Shown here in pieces: positions 1 to 9,183 of a stretch of DNA of 64,000 nucleotides. The notes under the pieces were generated by a model, which saw only the letters and a program-made list of their open reading frames with translations, searched no databases and was not told where the DNA came from. The DNA lies in NCBI GenBank assembly GCA_007135095.1, contig SLJO01000037.1, positions 3,438 through 67,437 of the forward strand, written 5' to 3'. Origin of the DNA: Bacteroidales bacterium. GTDB lineage: Bacteria; Bacteroidota; Bacteroidia; Bacteroidales; PUMT01. Position numbers and translations under genes: made by a program. Each line of letters opens with the position of its first letter. Position 1 is the first letter of the stretch.

Positions 1-813
1 AGCGGTATGGACCGCTTTTTCGGCTGCTACAAGTGGACCCGCGAGCTGCGGCATACCATTATCAGGGAAACGGGACTGCCGATATCATTCGGACTGTCGG
101 CCAACAAGACCGTGGCAAAGATTGCCACGGGGGAGGCCAAGCCTGCAGGAGAACTTTATGTGCAGAAGCCGCGGATACCTGTGTTCCTGGCTCCCCTTTC
201 AATCAGAAAGATACCGATGATAGGCGAAAAGACCTTCCGTATGCTGAGGGCAATGGGGATAGACACCATATCCACCCTGAGGCAGATGCCTCCTGAACTT
301 ATGGAACGGGTAATGGGAAAGAACGGGAGCGAGATATGGAGACGGTCTCACGGCATAGATAATGCTCCCGTGCAGCCCTGCTGGGAGCAGAAATCGGTCA
401 GCACGGAAAGGACCTTTGAGCAGGATACCACAGATGTTAAAATGATGAGGGCGTTGCTCGCAGGAATGGTGGAAAAGCTGTGCTTTGAGCTGCGGTCGCA
501 GCACAAGCTAACCTCCTGTGTGACGATAAAGATCAGGTATGCCAACTTTGATACCCATACCCTGCAAAAGCGGATTCCCTATACCTCTTTTGATCATACA
601 CTGATCGTAATTGCCGGCGGACTGTTTGACGGGCTGTACAACCGGCGCATGCTCATACGGCTGCTGGGCGTGCGTTTCACCCATCTTGTGCAGGGTACCC
701 AGCAGCTCAACCTGTTCGAGGATACTCCCGAAATGGTGAACCTTTACCGGACTGTCGACCAGCTGAAAAGAAGGTTCGGGAAAAAGGCGGTTGTAAGGGC
801 GGTTAATATTTGA
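1..813 (+). CDS. Y-family DNA polymerase (DinB/ImuB-like), C-terminal part; 5' end lies outside the window
   Basis: The frame-1 ORF is open to the window edge. 'GLPISFGLSANKTVAKIATGEAKPAGELYV' is a conserved Y-family polymerase signature. It lies immediately upstream of a DnaE2-type polymerase. Confidence 0.8.
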   Translation, partial: SGMDRFFGCYKWTRELRHTIIRETGLPISFGLSANKTVAKIATGEAKPAGELYVQKPRIPVFLAPLSIRKIPMIGEKTFRMLRAMGIDTISTLRQMPPELMERVMGKNGSEIWRRSHGIDNAPVQPCWEQKSVSTERTFEQDTTDVKMMRALLAGMVEKLCFELRSQHKLTSCVTIKIRYANFDTHTLQKRIPYTSFDHTLIVIAGGLFDGLYNRRMLIRLLGVRFTHLVQGTQQLNLFEDTPEMVNLYRTVDQLKRRFGKKAVVRAVNI

Positions 814-900
814 TCTGTAGCCTCCGGAACAAAGTGCGGGATCGGGCGTGCTGAATAACAAGACAGGGGAAGTTTAAATTAATACTATAGATGAAGCTTG

Positions 901-920
901 ATATTAAGTTTATATTAAGT
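901..920. repeat. Tandem direct 9-mer ATATTAAGT-tt-ATATTAAGT in the AT-rich spacer between the two polymerase genes
   Basis: Read directly from the sequence; function unknown. Confidence 0.6.
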
Positions 921-965
921 GCTTTATATAACCCGATATAATATTCAGTTTGATAATATTATAAA

Positions 966-3905
966 ATGCTTTATACGGCACGTTCATATTACAGTCTGCG
1001 CTACGGCACCATGCCGCCCGAAAAGCTGGTGGAAGAGGCCGGGAAGCGGAATATCGGCGCACTGGCAATCACCGATATAAACAACAGCAGCGCCTGCCTT
1101 GATTTTGCGGAGCTGTGCCGGAAAAGCAATATTCAGCCCATATGCGGCATGGAATTCAGGGTAAGCGGGCATTACCTTTATACATGTATTGCCAGGAATG
1201 AGCGGGGACTGGAAGAGATAAACCGGCACCTGACAGAGCATAACCTGCAGCAGAAGCCCCTCTCCTCCTCCGCCCCGGAATTTGATAATGTATTTGTGCT
1301 TTATGCTCCCGGTAGTATGCCGGCCTCACGTCTCAGGGAGAATGAGTATACAGGCATCCGCCCCTGGGAAGCCGGGAAGCTGTGGACGGATGATTATCAA
1401 AAAAACAGCGGAAAATTGCTTGCCCATTGCCCGGTGGCGTTTGCCAAGGTGGAAGATTATGAGTTTCACCGGCACCTCAGGGCAATTGACCAGAGCACAC
1501 TGCTTGACAAGCTGGATGAGAGGCATGTGGCCAACAGGATGGAGTATTTCCTTACTCCCCGGGACCTGAAAAGGATATATGCAAATAATCCCTTGCTGCT
1601 CCTTAACGCCTCCGCCCTGCTGGCCCAATGCAGCTTCTCTTTCAACAGGTCAACGCCCAGGAACCGGCGCACGTTCACAGGCAGTCATTATGACGACAGG
1701 CTGCTGCTGGAAAAGCTTGCTTTCGATGGACTGAAGTACCGTTATGGTAATGATAAAAGGGCCCTGCAGCGGGTAAGGGATGAGCTGCAGGTAATAGACA
1801 AGCTGGGTTTCTGCTCATATTTCCTTATCACCTGGGATATAATCCGCTATGCCATGTACCGCGGCTTTTACCATGTGGGAAGGGGCAGCGGGGGCAACAG
1901 CGTGGTGGCCTACTGCCTCAGGATTACAGATATAGATCCCATGGAGCTGAACCTTTACTTCGAGCGCTTCATCAACCCGCAACGAACGAGTCCCCCGGAC
2001 TTCGATATTGATTTTTCGTGGACCGAAAGGGACGAGGTGCTGGATTATATTTTCAAGCGGTACGGCCGGCACCATACTGCCCTGCTGGGAACCATCAACA
2101 CCTTCCGCAACAGCTCCATCATTCGCGAGCTGGGCAAGGTATATGGCCTGCCGAAAAGCGAGATCGACGAGCTGGTCGACCGCCCGGGTGATCCGATGCT
2201 GCAAAGCGGTCTGACAAAAAAGATATTTGATTATGGCAGCCGGCTGATTGATTTTCCCAATTACCGCAGCATACATGCCGGGGGAGTGCTTATCTCCGAG
2301 GAGCCGATAACCAACTACACGGCGCTGGATCTGCCGCCCAAGGGCTTTCCCACCACCCAGTGGGATATGTACGTTGCCGAGGAGATAGGCTTTGAGAAAC
2401 TCGACATACTGAGTCAGCGCGGCATTGCCCATATAGGCGAATGCGTTGATATAGTCAGGGAGAACCGCCGGCAGAAGATCGATGTGCACAGGATAAGCGA
2501 GTTCAAGTCAGATCCGGAAATAAACGAGAGGCTCTACCAGGGTGAAGCCATAGGATGCTTTTATATTGAATCGCCGGCCATGAGGGGACTGCTGAAGAAA
2601 CTAAAGTGCAGGGATTACCTGCGCCTGGTGGCGGCAAGCTCCATTATCAGGCCGGGGGTGGCAAAGAGCGGCATGATGAAGGAGTACATCCACCGCTTTC
2701 ATAATCCCGGTTCGTTCAGTTACCTGCACCCTGTATTCGAGGAGCACCTGGGCGAAACATTCGGCATAATGGTTTACCAGGAGGATGTGATAAAAATAGC
2801 GCATCATTTCGCGGGACTGGACCTTTCCGATGCCGATATACTGAGAAGGGCGATGTCAGGCAAGTTCCGCTCACGCAGGGAGCTTGACCGCATTGAGAAC
2901 AGCTTTTTCGATAACTGCCGTGACAGGGGCTATCCCGCGGGACTTGCTGCCGAGGTATGGCGGCAGATGGCCTCATTCTCGGGTTATGCCTTCTGCAAGG
3001 CCCATTCTGCTTCATACGCGGTGGAAAGCTACCAGAGCCTTTACCTGAAGACCCATTTCCCCCATGAGTTCCACGTGGCGGTGATAAATAATTTCGGCGG
3101 CTTTTACCGCACCTGGGTATATGTTAACGAAGCCAGGCGCTACGGGGCAAAGATCGAGGTGCCGTGCGTGAACAGCGGCAGGTACAAGACAAGCATCAGG
3201 GGCAATGTCATTACAATCGGCCTGATACATATCAGGAGCCTGGAAACGCAGCCTGGAAAGCAGATAGAAGCGGAAAGAATGCAGTACGGGGAATTCAAAA
3301 GCCTGGGTGATTTCATCGAAAGGGTGCCGGCAGGAATGGAGCAGGTAAAGATACTTATCCGCAGCGGGGCTTTCCGGTTCACCGGGAAAAGTAAAAAGGA
3401 GCTGTTGTGGGAAGCGCACTTTCTTACAACAAAAGAAAAGAAATCCCCTTTCGGCAGAAAGCTGTTTGGAGAACCCGTGGCAACATACAGCCTCCCCCCC
3501 ATGCATGACACCCCCCTGGAGGATGCCTGGGACGAGATCGAGCTGCTTGGCTTCCCCCTGACGCTCTCCCGCTTCGATATGCTGCAGACCTCTTACCGGG
3601 GTGATGTGATGGCAGCCGGCCTGCCCGGAAACAGTGGCAAAAAAGTGCGAATGGTGGGCGATCTGGTCACAACCAAGTATGTTCGCACCGTGAGAAAAGA
3701 GATAATGCAGTTCGGCTGCTTCCTTGACCACAAGGGTGAATTCTTTGATACTGTGAACTTTCCCTCCGCATTAAAAAAATATCCTTTCACCGGGCCAGGG
3801 GTTTACCTTGTTGAGGGACGGGTGAGCGAGGAATTTGGCTTTCCATCGGTGGAAGTGCATAAGATGGCACGCCTGCCCGCCTATCCCGATCCGAGATCTG
3901 AATAA
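966..3905 (+). CDS. dnaE2: Error-prone DNA polymerase III alpha-type subunit (DnaE2-like)
   Basis: 979 aa. N-terminal PHP-domain-like start 'YYSLRYGTMPPEKLVEEA...ALAITDINN'. Pol III alpha core motifs 'GRGSGGNSVVAYCLRITDIDP', 'PPDFDIDF' and 'HAGGVLIS'. The length fits DnaE2 rather than the replicative DnaE1, and it is paired with a Y-family polymerase. Confidence 0.85.
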   Translation: MLYTARSYYSLRYGTMPPEKLVEEAGKRNIGALAITDINNSSACLDFAELCRKSNIQPICGMEFRVSGHYLYTCIARNERGLEEINRHLTEHNLQQKPLSSSAPEFDNVFVLYAPGSMPASRLRENEYTGIRPWEAGKLWTDDYQKNSGKLLAHCPVAFAKVEDYEFHRHLRAIDQSTLLDKLDERHVANRMEYFLTPRDLKRIYANNPLLLLNASALLAQCSFSFNRSTPRNRRTFTGSHYDDRLLLEKLAFDGLKYRYGNDKRALQRVRDELQVIDKLGFCSYFLITWDIIRYAMYRGFYHVGRGSGGNSVVAYCLRITDIDPMELNLYFERFINPQRTSPPDFDIDFSWTERDEVLDYIFKRYGRHHTALLGTINTFRNSSIIRELGKVYGLPKSEIDELVDRPGDPMLQSGLTKKIFDYGSRLIDFPNYRSIHAGGVLISEEPITNYTALDLPPKGFPTTQWDMYVAEEIGFEKLDILSQRGIAHIGECVDIVRENRRQKIDVHRISEFKSDPEINERLYQGEAIGCFYIESPAMRGLLKKLKCRDYLRLVAASSIIRPGVAKSGMMKEYIHRFHNPGSFSYLHPVFEEHLGETFGIMVYQEDVIKIAHHFAGLDLSDADILRRAMSGKFRSRRELDRIENSFFDNCRDRGYPAGLAAEVWRQMASFSGYAFCKAHSASYAVESYQSLYLKTHFPHEFHVAVINNFGGFYRTWVYVNEARRYGAKIEVPCVNSGRYKTSIRGNVITIGLIHIRSLETQPGKQIEAERMQYGEFKSLGDFIERVPAGMEQVKILIRSGAFRFTGKSKKELLWEAHFLTTKEKKSPFGRKLFGEPVATYSLPPMHDTPLEDAWDEIELLGFPLTLSRFDMLQTSYRGDVMAAGLPGNSGKKVRMVGDLVTTKYVRTVRKEIMQFGCFLDHKGEFFDTVNFPSALKKYPFTGPGVYLVEGRVSEEFGFPSVEVHKMARLPAYPDPRSE
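3795..3837 (+). repeat. Direct repeat copy 1 (43 bp), inside the dnaE2 3' coding end
   Basis: 'ccaggggtttaccttgttgagggacgggtgagcgaggaatttg' recurs at 4240-4282 with one mismatch. Confidence 0.9.
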
Positions 3906-3924
3906 ACAGGCAGCGATAATCAAT

Positions 3925-4176
3925 TCACAATTCTGGTTCCCACCCGGGTTCGTATTCACGGCTCCAGAGCTTCAATGCATCACGGTCAAGCGCCTGTCCG
4001 TTAGCAGGGTTTATATCGAATCCTTTTCCTATCCTTGAAGCTATGTTTGCCAGGTGGCACAGGTGTGTGCTTTTAACTCCCTCATGCATCCATGGTATCA
4101 TACCGATAGTTAATCCTGTAATCCCGAAGGCAGATTTCTTAATGAAAGATCTTCTTGAGTTGTCCATTTCAGTCAA
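3925..4176 (-). pseudogene. Collapsed Gfo/Idh/MocA-type oxidoreductase remnant: Tat signal joined to the last ~55 residues
   Basis: 83-aa ORF. The N-terminus 'SRRSFIKKSAFGITGL' is Tat-signal-like. The rest, 'THLCHLANIASRIGKGFDINPANGQALDRDALKLWSREYEPGW', resembles the conserved C-terminal tail of exported Gfo/Idh/MocA oxidoreductases. The Rossmann domain is absent. Confidence 0.55.
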
Positions 4177-4239
4177 ATTTTTTATACATTGAAATGATTA
4201 TAAAACAAAGATTTCCTGTCGATGGTGAATTTTTCTGCC

Positions 4240-4282
4240 CCAGGGGTTTACCTTGTTGAGGGACGGGTGAGTGAGGAATTTG
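4240..4282 (+). repeat. Direct repeat copy 2 (43 bp), intergenic copy of the dnaE2 3' end
   Basis: 42/43 identical to 3795-3837. The flanks diverge immediately on both sides. Confidence 0.9.
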
Positions 4283-4392
4283 TGTTGTGCGCAGCTTTCT
4301 GTGTTTGGGAAATATGTTTATAAAAGGTGGCGCTTATGTTTTATTTTCTATTTTTGAGGTGTCAATCATAATTGATAAAATCTCCGGAAAAA

Positions 4393-5619
4393 ATGAGGAA
4401 AATAATTCTATTCATACTGATTATACCGTTCACGGCAATGTCTGTCTCTGCCCAGCAGAAATCAGCATGGCGCGGACCGGAAAGAAACGGCATCTATACT
4501 GAAACCGGCCTGCTCAGGAAATGGCCCGCCAGGGGCCCGGAAGTGCTGTGGCTGTTCGAAGGATTGGGACAGGGCTATTCATCGCCTTCCTTTGCAAACG
4601 GAAAGATTTACATTAAAGGAATGACGGGGCAAAATGGGTATGTATTCATACTTAACAAGGAAGGGGAACTTGAAAACAGATATGAATACGGGCCTGAATT
4701 TCATGAGAGTTTTCCCGGCAGCAGGTCGACCCCGCTGATCGTGAAAGATCTGTTATACCTGGTAAGCGGCATGGGGAAGATTATGTGCCTTGAAGCTGGC
4801 ACAGGAAAGGAAATATGGTCAAGGGATGCAATAATTGATTTCGGCGGCAGCAATATCAGGTGGGGCATCACTGAAAACCTTCTTATAGACGGCGACATGA
4901 TATTTTTCACCCCCGGAGGCAAAAAGCACAACATAGTAGCCCTCGACAGGTTTACCGGCGATATTGTCTGGTCCGCCCCGGGCACGGGAAAAGGTGATCT
5001 GTCGGCATATTGCTCTCCCCTGATCATCAACCTGCCCGCACGCAAAATTCTGGTAACTCATATGGCAAATGATATCGTGGGACTCGATGCCGCTACCGGT
5101 GAGTTTCTCTGGTCCCACCCTTTCACCAACCGCAATTTCATACATGCCAACACACCGGTTTATCAGGATGGCTACCTGTATGTTTTCAGCACTGATGAAT
5201 CGGGCAGTGTAAAATTTGATCTCAGTTCCGACGGAAGCCGGATCGGGGTAGTATGGGAAAACAAAGAGGTCAGAAACTTACAGGGAGGAGCAGTCATCCT
5301 TGATGATCACATCTATTCACCCTCTTATGTTGACAGGAGATGGTACAGTATTGACAGGACAAGCGGTCATTCAACATATTCCTCGAGGGATATTGACCGG
5401 GGAGTGGTTATTTATGCCGACGGAAAACTCTACTGCTATTCCGAAAGAGGCGAACTGGCACTTGTAAGGCCAAATCCGCAAAAATTCGAAATAATAAGCA
5501 AAACCATGATTGAAGCCGGCACCGGAGAACATTTTTCCCACCCGGTAATCCATGAAGGGAGACTGTATGTCAGAAGAGGTGATGCGTTGATAGTATTTAA
5601 CCTGATGGCTGGTGTTTAA
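4393..5619 (+). CDS. Secreted PQQ-like beta-propeller repeat protein (BamB-like fold)
   Basis: Signal peptide 'MRKIILFILIIPFTAMSVSAQ'. Repeated 'G..vW' and 'DG.lY' propeller-blade motifs. The start was chosen at the internal Met of ORF 4372-5619. Confidence 0.7.
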   Translation: MRKIILFILIIPFTAMSVSAQQKSAWRGPERNGIYTETGLLRKWPARGPEVLWLFEGLGQGYSSPSFANGKIYIKGMTGQNGYVFILNKEGELENRYEYGPEFHESFPGSRSTPLIVKDLLYLVSGMGKIMCLEAGTGKEIWSRDAIIDFGGSNIRWGITENLLIDGDMIFFTPGGKKHNIVALDRFTGDIVWSAPGTGKGDLSAYCSPLIINLPARKILVTHMANDIVGLDAATGEFLWSHPFTNRNFIHANTPVYQDGYLYVFSTDESGSVKFDLSSDGSRIGVVWENKEVRNLQGGAVILDDHIYSPSYVDRRWYSIDRTSGHSTYSSRDIDRGVVIYADGKLYCYSERGELALVRPNPQKFEIISKTMIEAGTGEHFSHPVIHEGRLYVRRGDALIVFNLMAGV

Positions 5620-5781
5620 TTTACATCAATATTTGCTGTTGACATAACCATTGACAATGGATCGTGAAATTTTTGATTTATTTCATCACCCTGTACTGCA
5701 ATGGTTTAATTATTTATCTTTTTGTTTAAGGAGGTTTATTTTAATCAATTATTGATATTTCTATTTACCAGAAAGAAGCGG

Positions 5782-8325
5782 ATGAAAAAACTTTACCCTT
5801 ATTTATTACTACTTGCGTTATTTATTTTTCCGGCCTTTGTAACCGCTTCAATGCTGTCCGATGATCATCAGATTCCCTTTTCTGTGGATGATACAAACAT
5901 TACAATATGGAACGGAGATCAGTATGTACCTCTCTTTGTAAAAGGAATCAACCTGGGCATTGCGGTTCCCGGTACGTTTCCCGGTGAATTAAGAGCATCC
6001 CGGGCTGAATACGGGCGGTGGTTGCAGCAGATCAGGGATGCGGGATACAATGTGATAAGGGTTTACACTCTTCATTATCCTCACTTCTATGAAGTCCTTG
6101 ACTCGTTCAATCTTGCCAATCCCCGGTCACCTCTTTTTCTTATGCAGGGGGTATGGCTGGAGGAGGAACAGTACGGTTTTGAGAATAATTTATTTAATCT
6201 CACTGAATCCTTTACCGATGAAATAGAAACCAATGTCGACTGTATCCATGGCAACAGGTTCATACCTCACAGATATGGAAAGGCTTACGGTGAATATACA
6301 AGGGATGTCTCCCAATGGGTTATGGCCTGGATTATAGGCCGTGAGGTCCATCCCGCAGAGGTATTGCTCACCGATAAAATTAATGCCGGAATCACTTCAT
6401 ATAACGGGCGTTTTTTCTCAATTAACAACACCAAGCCCTCAGAAGCCTGGTTTACTCAAAGGCTTGATCATCTGGTGTCAAGAGAGCAGGACCTGTATCA
6501 GACACAACGTCCGGTGAGTGTCTCCAGCTGGCCCACCCTTGATCCCCTGCACCATCCCTGGGAGGGGGACAGACTGGAGGATACGGCTTTCATTGACCTA
6601 TCGACGGTCGACTATTCAGCTGCCCCTGCCGGCATGTTCATGAGTTACCATGCGTATCCCTATTACCCTGATTTTGTCAGCAGGTCGCCCGAATTCAGCG
6701 GCTACTCAGATTCCTGGGGTAAAAATTCGTACCTGGGATATCTCACGGCCCTTAAAAACCATTACAGGACAATGCCGCTTATTATAGCTGAATTTGGCAG
6801 TCCTTCAGGTATCGGGATAGCGCACTATGCAAGTAACGGCATTCACCATGGAGGTGCCGATCACCATAAGCAGGCAAAAGACAATTTACGCATGCTTGAT
6901 AATATTTACAATTCCGGTGCCGGGGGAGGCATACAGTTTGCCTGGATGGACGAATGGTTCAAGCGCACCTGGCTTGTCGATCCCCTTGATTACAATCCCG
7001 AGCAACGCGTGCTGTGGCATAACCTTGTTTCTGCAGAACAAAATTTCGGACTTATGGGTTTCCGGAAAGTCACTAATGGTTATGAACCATGGGAAACATT
7101 CTGCGACGATTGCCACATTCGCTCGGTTGAAGCATTCGCTGATTATACTTACTTCAATATCCGGATCGGGATGGAAGATTTTCTCGGAATAATGGATACT
7201 ATCTGGGTCGCACTGGATACCTATGATGCAGGACTTGGTGAATCTTTACTTCCTACAGGTCATACCCTGGAAAATCGCGCTGAATTTTTGCTTATGATAA
7301 CAAACCATTCCTGCATGCTGTTTGTGACTCAAGCCTATGATCAGTTCGGAAAATGGCACCGGATTTCTCCGCCCCAACAACTTTATCACTCTGTACCATC
7401 TGATGGGGCACCATGGAGGATTGTACGGTTCAAAAACAGTTTTTTTGAACAGGAAATACAATATATTGGCAACCTTAATTTCAGGAGACTTGATCATCCC
7501 TTGCTCAGTAACGATATTGTTATTCTCGATAATTCCAGAATTGACATAAAACTGCCATGGTCCCTGATAAACTTTTCCGCCCCCCCGGAGATGGCAGTTG
7601 TTCATGATTACAGGTCAGTTCCGGGTTACCAGGATACCATATCAGATGGAATCGCACTTACCATTATCCACAATGATATTATGTACTCGACTGAAAGCCG
7701 TTTCACATGGGAACCATGGCTAACGGTTACCGACACCGAAGAATATCTGAAAGATTCATATTATATCATGAGGGAAAAGCTTTGGCAAATGCCGGGCAAT
7801 CCGGTTGCGGTAAAAGACAGTTACAGGGTTCCAGGCGAAGGCATTCTCAATATTTCTTCCGAAAAGGGCTTGTTGAGCAATGATCTGTCGCTCGAAGGAT
7901 TGCCAATGACCGCCTGGCTGGAAATGGGGGTGCCTTATGGCAACCTGGAACTGAATCCTGACGGGAGCTTTAAATATACATCTGAACCGGGAACTGCCGG
8001 GGAAATATATTTCACCTACAGGGTTTCGGCAGGGGGAAAAATGTCTGAGCCGGCACCGGTAAAGCTTAAAGTTGAAGGAGCCACTCAGGGAGGAGGCTTT
8101 TTGAGGATTAATCCCAATCCATCTGATGGCATAATCCAGGTTAATGCCTCATCTTATATTGAGATAGTCGAGGTATTTAATCATGCAGGCAGGCTTATGC
8201 TGCAAAAAAGCATAAATGCCAGAACTGCTGAACTTGATTTATCCGCATTCCCTCAGGGTATTTATACAGTCAGGGTATTCAGCGGAAAGCAATGGGTGGC
8301 CCGGAAAATTGTACTGATAAGGTAA
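5782..8325 (+). CDS. Secreted TIM-barrel glycoside-hydrolase-like protein with an Ig/cadherin-like domain and a T9SS C-terminal sorting domain
   Basis: Signal peptide 'MKKLYPYLLLLALFIFPAFVTAS'. 'GYNVIRVYTLHYP' and 'IIAEFGSPSG' are GH clan-A-like. The C-terminus 'NPNPSDGIIQV...GIYTVRVFSGKQWVARKIVLIR' is a typical T9SS CTD. The GH family is not assignable by eye. Confidence 0.65.
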   Translation: MKKLYPYLLLLALFIFPAFVTASMLSDDHQIPFSVDDTNITIWNGDQYVPLFVKGINLGIAVPGTFPGELRASRAEYGRWLQQIRDAGYNVIRVYTLHYPHFYEVLDSFNLANPRSPLFLMQGVWLEEEQYGFENNLFNLTESFTDEIETNVDCIHGNRFIPHRYGKAYGEYTRDVSQWVMAWIIGREVHPAEVLLTDKINAGITSYNGRFFSINNTKPSEAWFTQRLDHLVSREQDLYQTQRPVSVSSWPTLDPLHHPWEGDRLEDTAFIDLSTVDYSAAPAGMFMSYHAYPYYPDFVSRSPEFSGYSDSWGKNSYLGYLTALKNHYRTMPLIIAEFGSPSGIGIAHYASNGIHHGGADHHKQAKDNLRMLDNIYNSGAGGGIQFAWMDEWFKRTWLVDPLDYNPEQRVLWHNLVSAEQNFGLMGFRKVTNGYEPWETFCDDCHIRSVEAFADYTYFNIRIGMEDFLGIMDTIWVALDTYDAGLGESLLPTGHTLENRAEFLLMITNHSCMLFVTQAYDQFGKWHRISPPQQLYHSVPSDGAPWRIVRFKNSFFEQEIQYIGNLNFRRLDHPLLSNDIVILDNSRIDIKLPWSLINFSAPPEMAVVHDYRSVPGYQDTISDGIALTIIHNDIMYSTESRFTWEPWLTVTDTEEYLKDSYYIMREKLWQMPGNPVAVKDSYRVPGEGILNISSEKGLLSNDLSLEGLPMTAWLEMGVPYGNLELNPDGSFKYTSEPGTAGEIYFTYRVSAGGKMSEPAPVKLKVEGATQGGGFLRINPNPSDGIIQVNASSYIEIVEVFNHAGRLMLQKSINARTAELDLSAFPQGIYTVRVFSGKQWVARKIVLIR

Positions 8326-8336
8326 AAAAACTCAGG

Positions 8337-9005
8337 ATGAAACTGGAAATAGCATGTTTTAACCCCCGGGCAGTTGAAATTGCCGTAAAGGCAAAAGCTG
8401 ACCGGATAGAATATTGCCAAAATTATGACCAGGGAGGAGTATCGCCTCCTGCCGGGGAAGTTGGCCAGATTAAAAAAAAAATCGATACTCCTGTTTTTGT
8501 AATGGTGAGGCCGCGTCCCGGCAATTTTATTTATAATAAGGAGGAACTCCGTGAGATGGCAAAAACAATTGACCGTATGAAGGCTGCCGGTGCAGATGGC
8601 TTTGTTTTCGGTATTCTTGACCAGGCAAATGAATTAAATGTAAAAGATTGTGAAATTCTCGTGAAGACTGCCTGGCCCCTGCCCTGTACTCTTCACAGAG
8701 CTTTCGATGATACACCTGACAAAATCAAATCGTTGCATGAAGCCCTTAATTGCGGTTTTAGCAGGATCCTGAGTTCCGGCGGCAAAGGAAATGTGGAAGA
8801 CAATATAAAGGCTATTGAAATGCTGATCCTGACCGCTTCAGATCAAATCATACTAATGCCTGGAGGTGGTTTGCGCAGCCATAATATTGATATGTTAAAA
8901 GCAGCAGGGGCGACAGAGTTTCACAGCTCGTGCATAACCAGCCAGGAAAGCCTGCTGCCCGACAGTGAAGAGATCTGCCGTATAAAACATAAACTTTTAT
9001 CCTGA
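8337..9005 (+). CDS. cutC: Copper homeostasis protein CutC
   Basis: 'MKLEIACFNPRAVEIAVKAKADRIEYC', 'VMVRPRPGNFIY' and 'MPGGGLRSHNI' match the CutC family pattern. The Met at 8337 avoids overlap with the upstream gene. Confidence 0.8.
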   Translation: MKLEIACFNPRAVEIAVKAKADRIEYCQNYDQGGVSPPAGEVGQIKKKIDTPVFVMVRPRPGNFIYNKEELREMAKTIDRMKAAGADGFVFGILDQANELNVKDCEILVKTAWPLPCTLHRAFDDTPDKIKSLHEALNCGFSRILSSGGKGNVEDNIKAIEMLILTASDQIILMPGGGLRSHNIDMLKAAGATEFHSSCITSQESLLPDSEEICRIKHKLLS

Positions 9006-9129
9006 TTCATTCGGGTTTCCTCTGCAAATCCGGGCAAAGGGGAATGAGACGGGGCGGGTCTGTCAAAGAGGCCGGGCATCGCCGGGACTTAAATCCGGGT
9101 ACAGGGAAGTGAGACAGGGGCTGGAACCA

Positions 9130-9163
9130 AAAGAGCTTCCAGTATTTAGTGTGGAAGCTCTTT
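9130..9163. terminator. Bidirectional hairpin between convergent cutC and slyD
   Basis: Perfect 12-bp stem aaagagcttcca / tggaagctcttt with a 10-nt loop, flanked by A and T runs. Confidence 0.7.
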
Positions 9164-9183
9164 AAAACAGATTTCAGTGGTTT

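Noticed and set aside
1815-3731. Long antisense ORFs inside dnaE2 (1815-2489, 224 aa; 3012-3731, 239 aa)
   Set aside because: They lie entirely within a well-supported, GC-richer gene. Their translations are low-complexity and Arg/Gly/Ala/His-rich with no motifs, which is typical of shadow ORFs.
8472-8481. A10 run inside cutC ('att aaa aaa aaa atc')
   Set aside because: It encodes Lys-Lys-Lys in an AT-rich genome within a housekeeping-type gene. There is no reason to expect phase variation.
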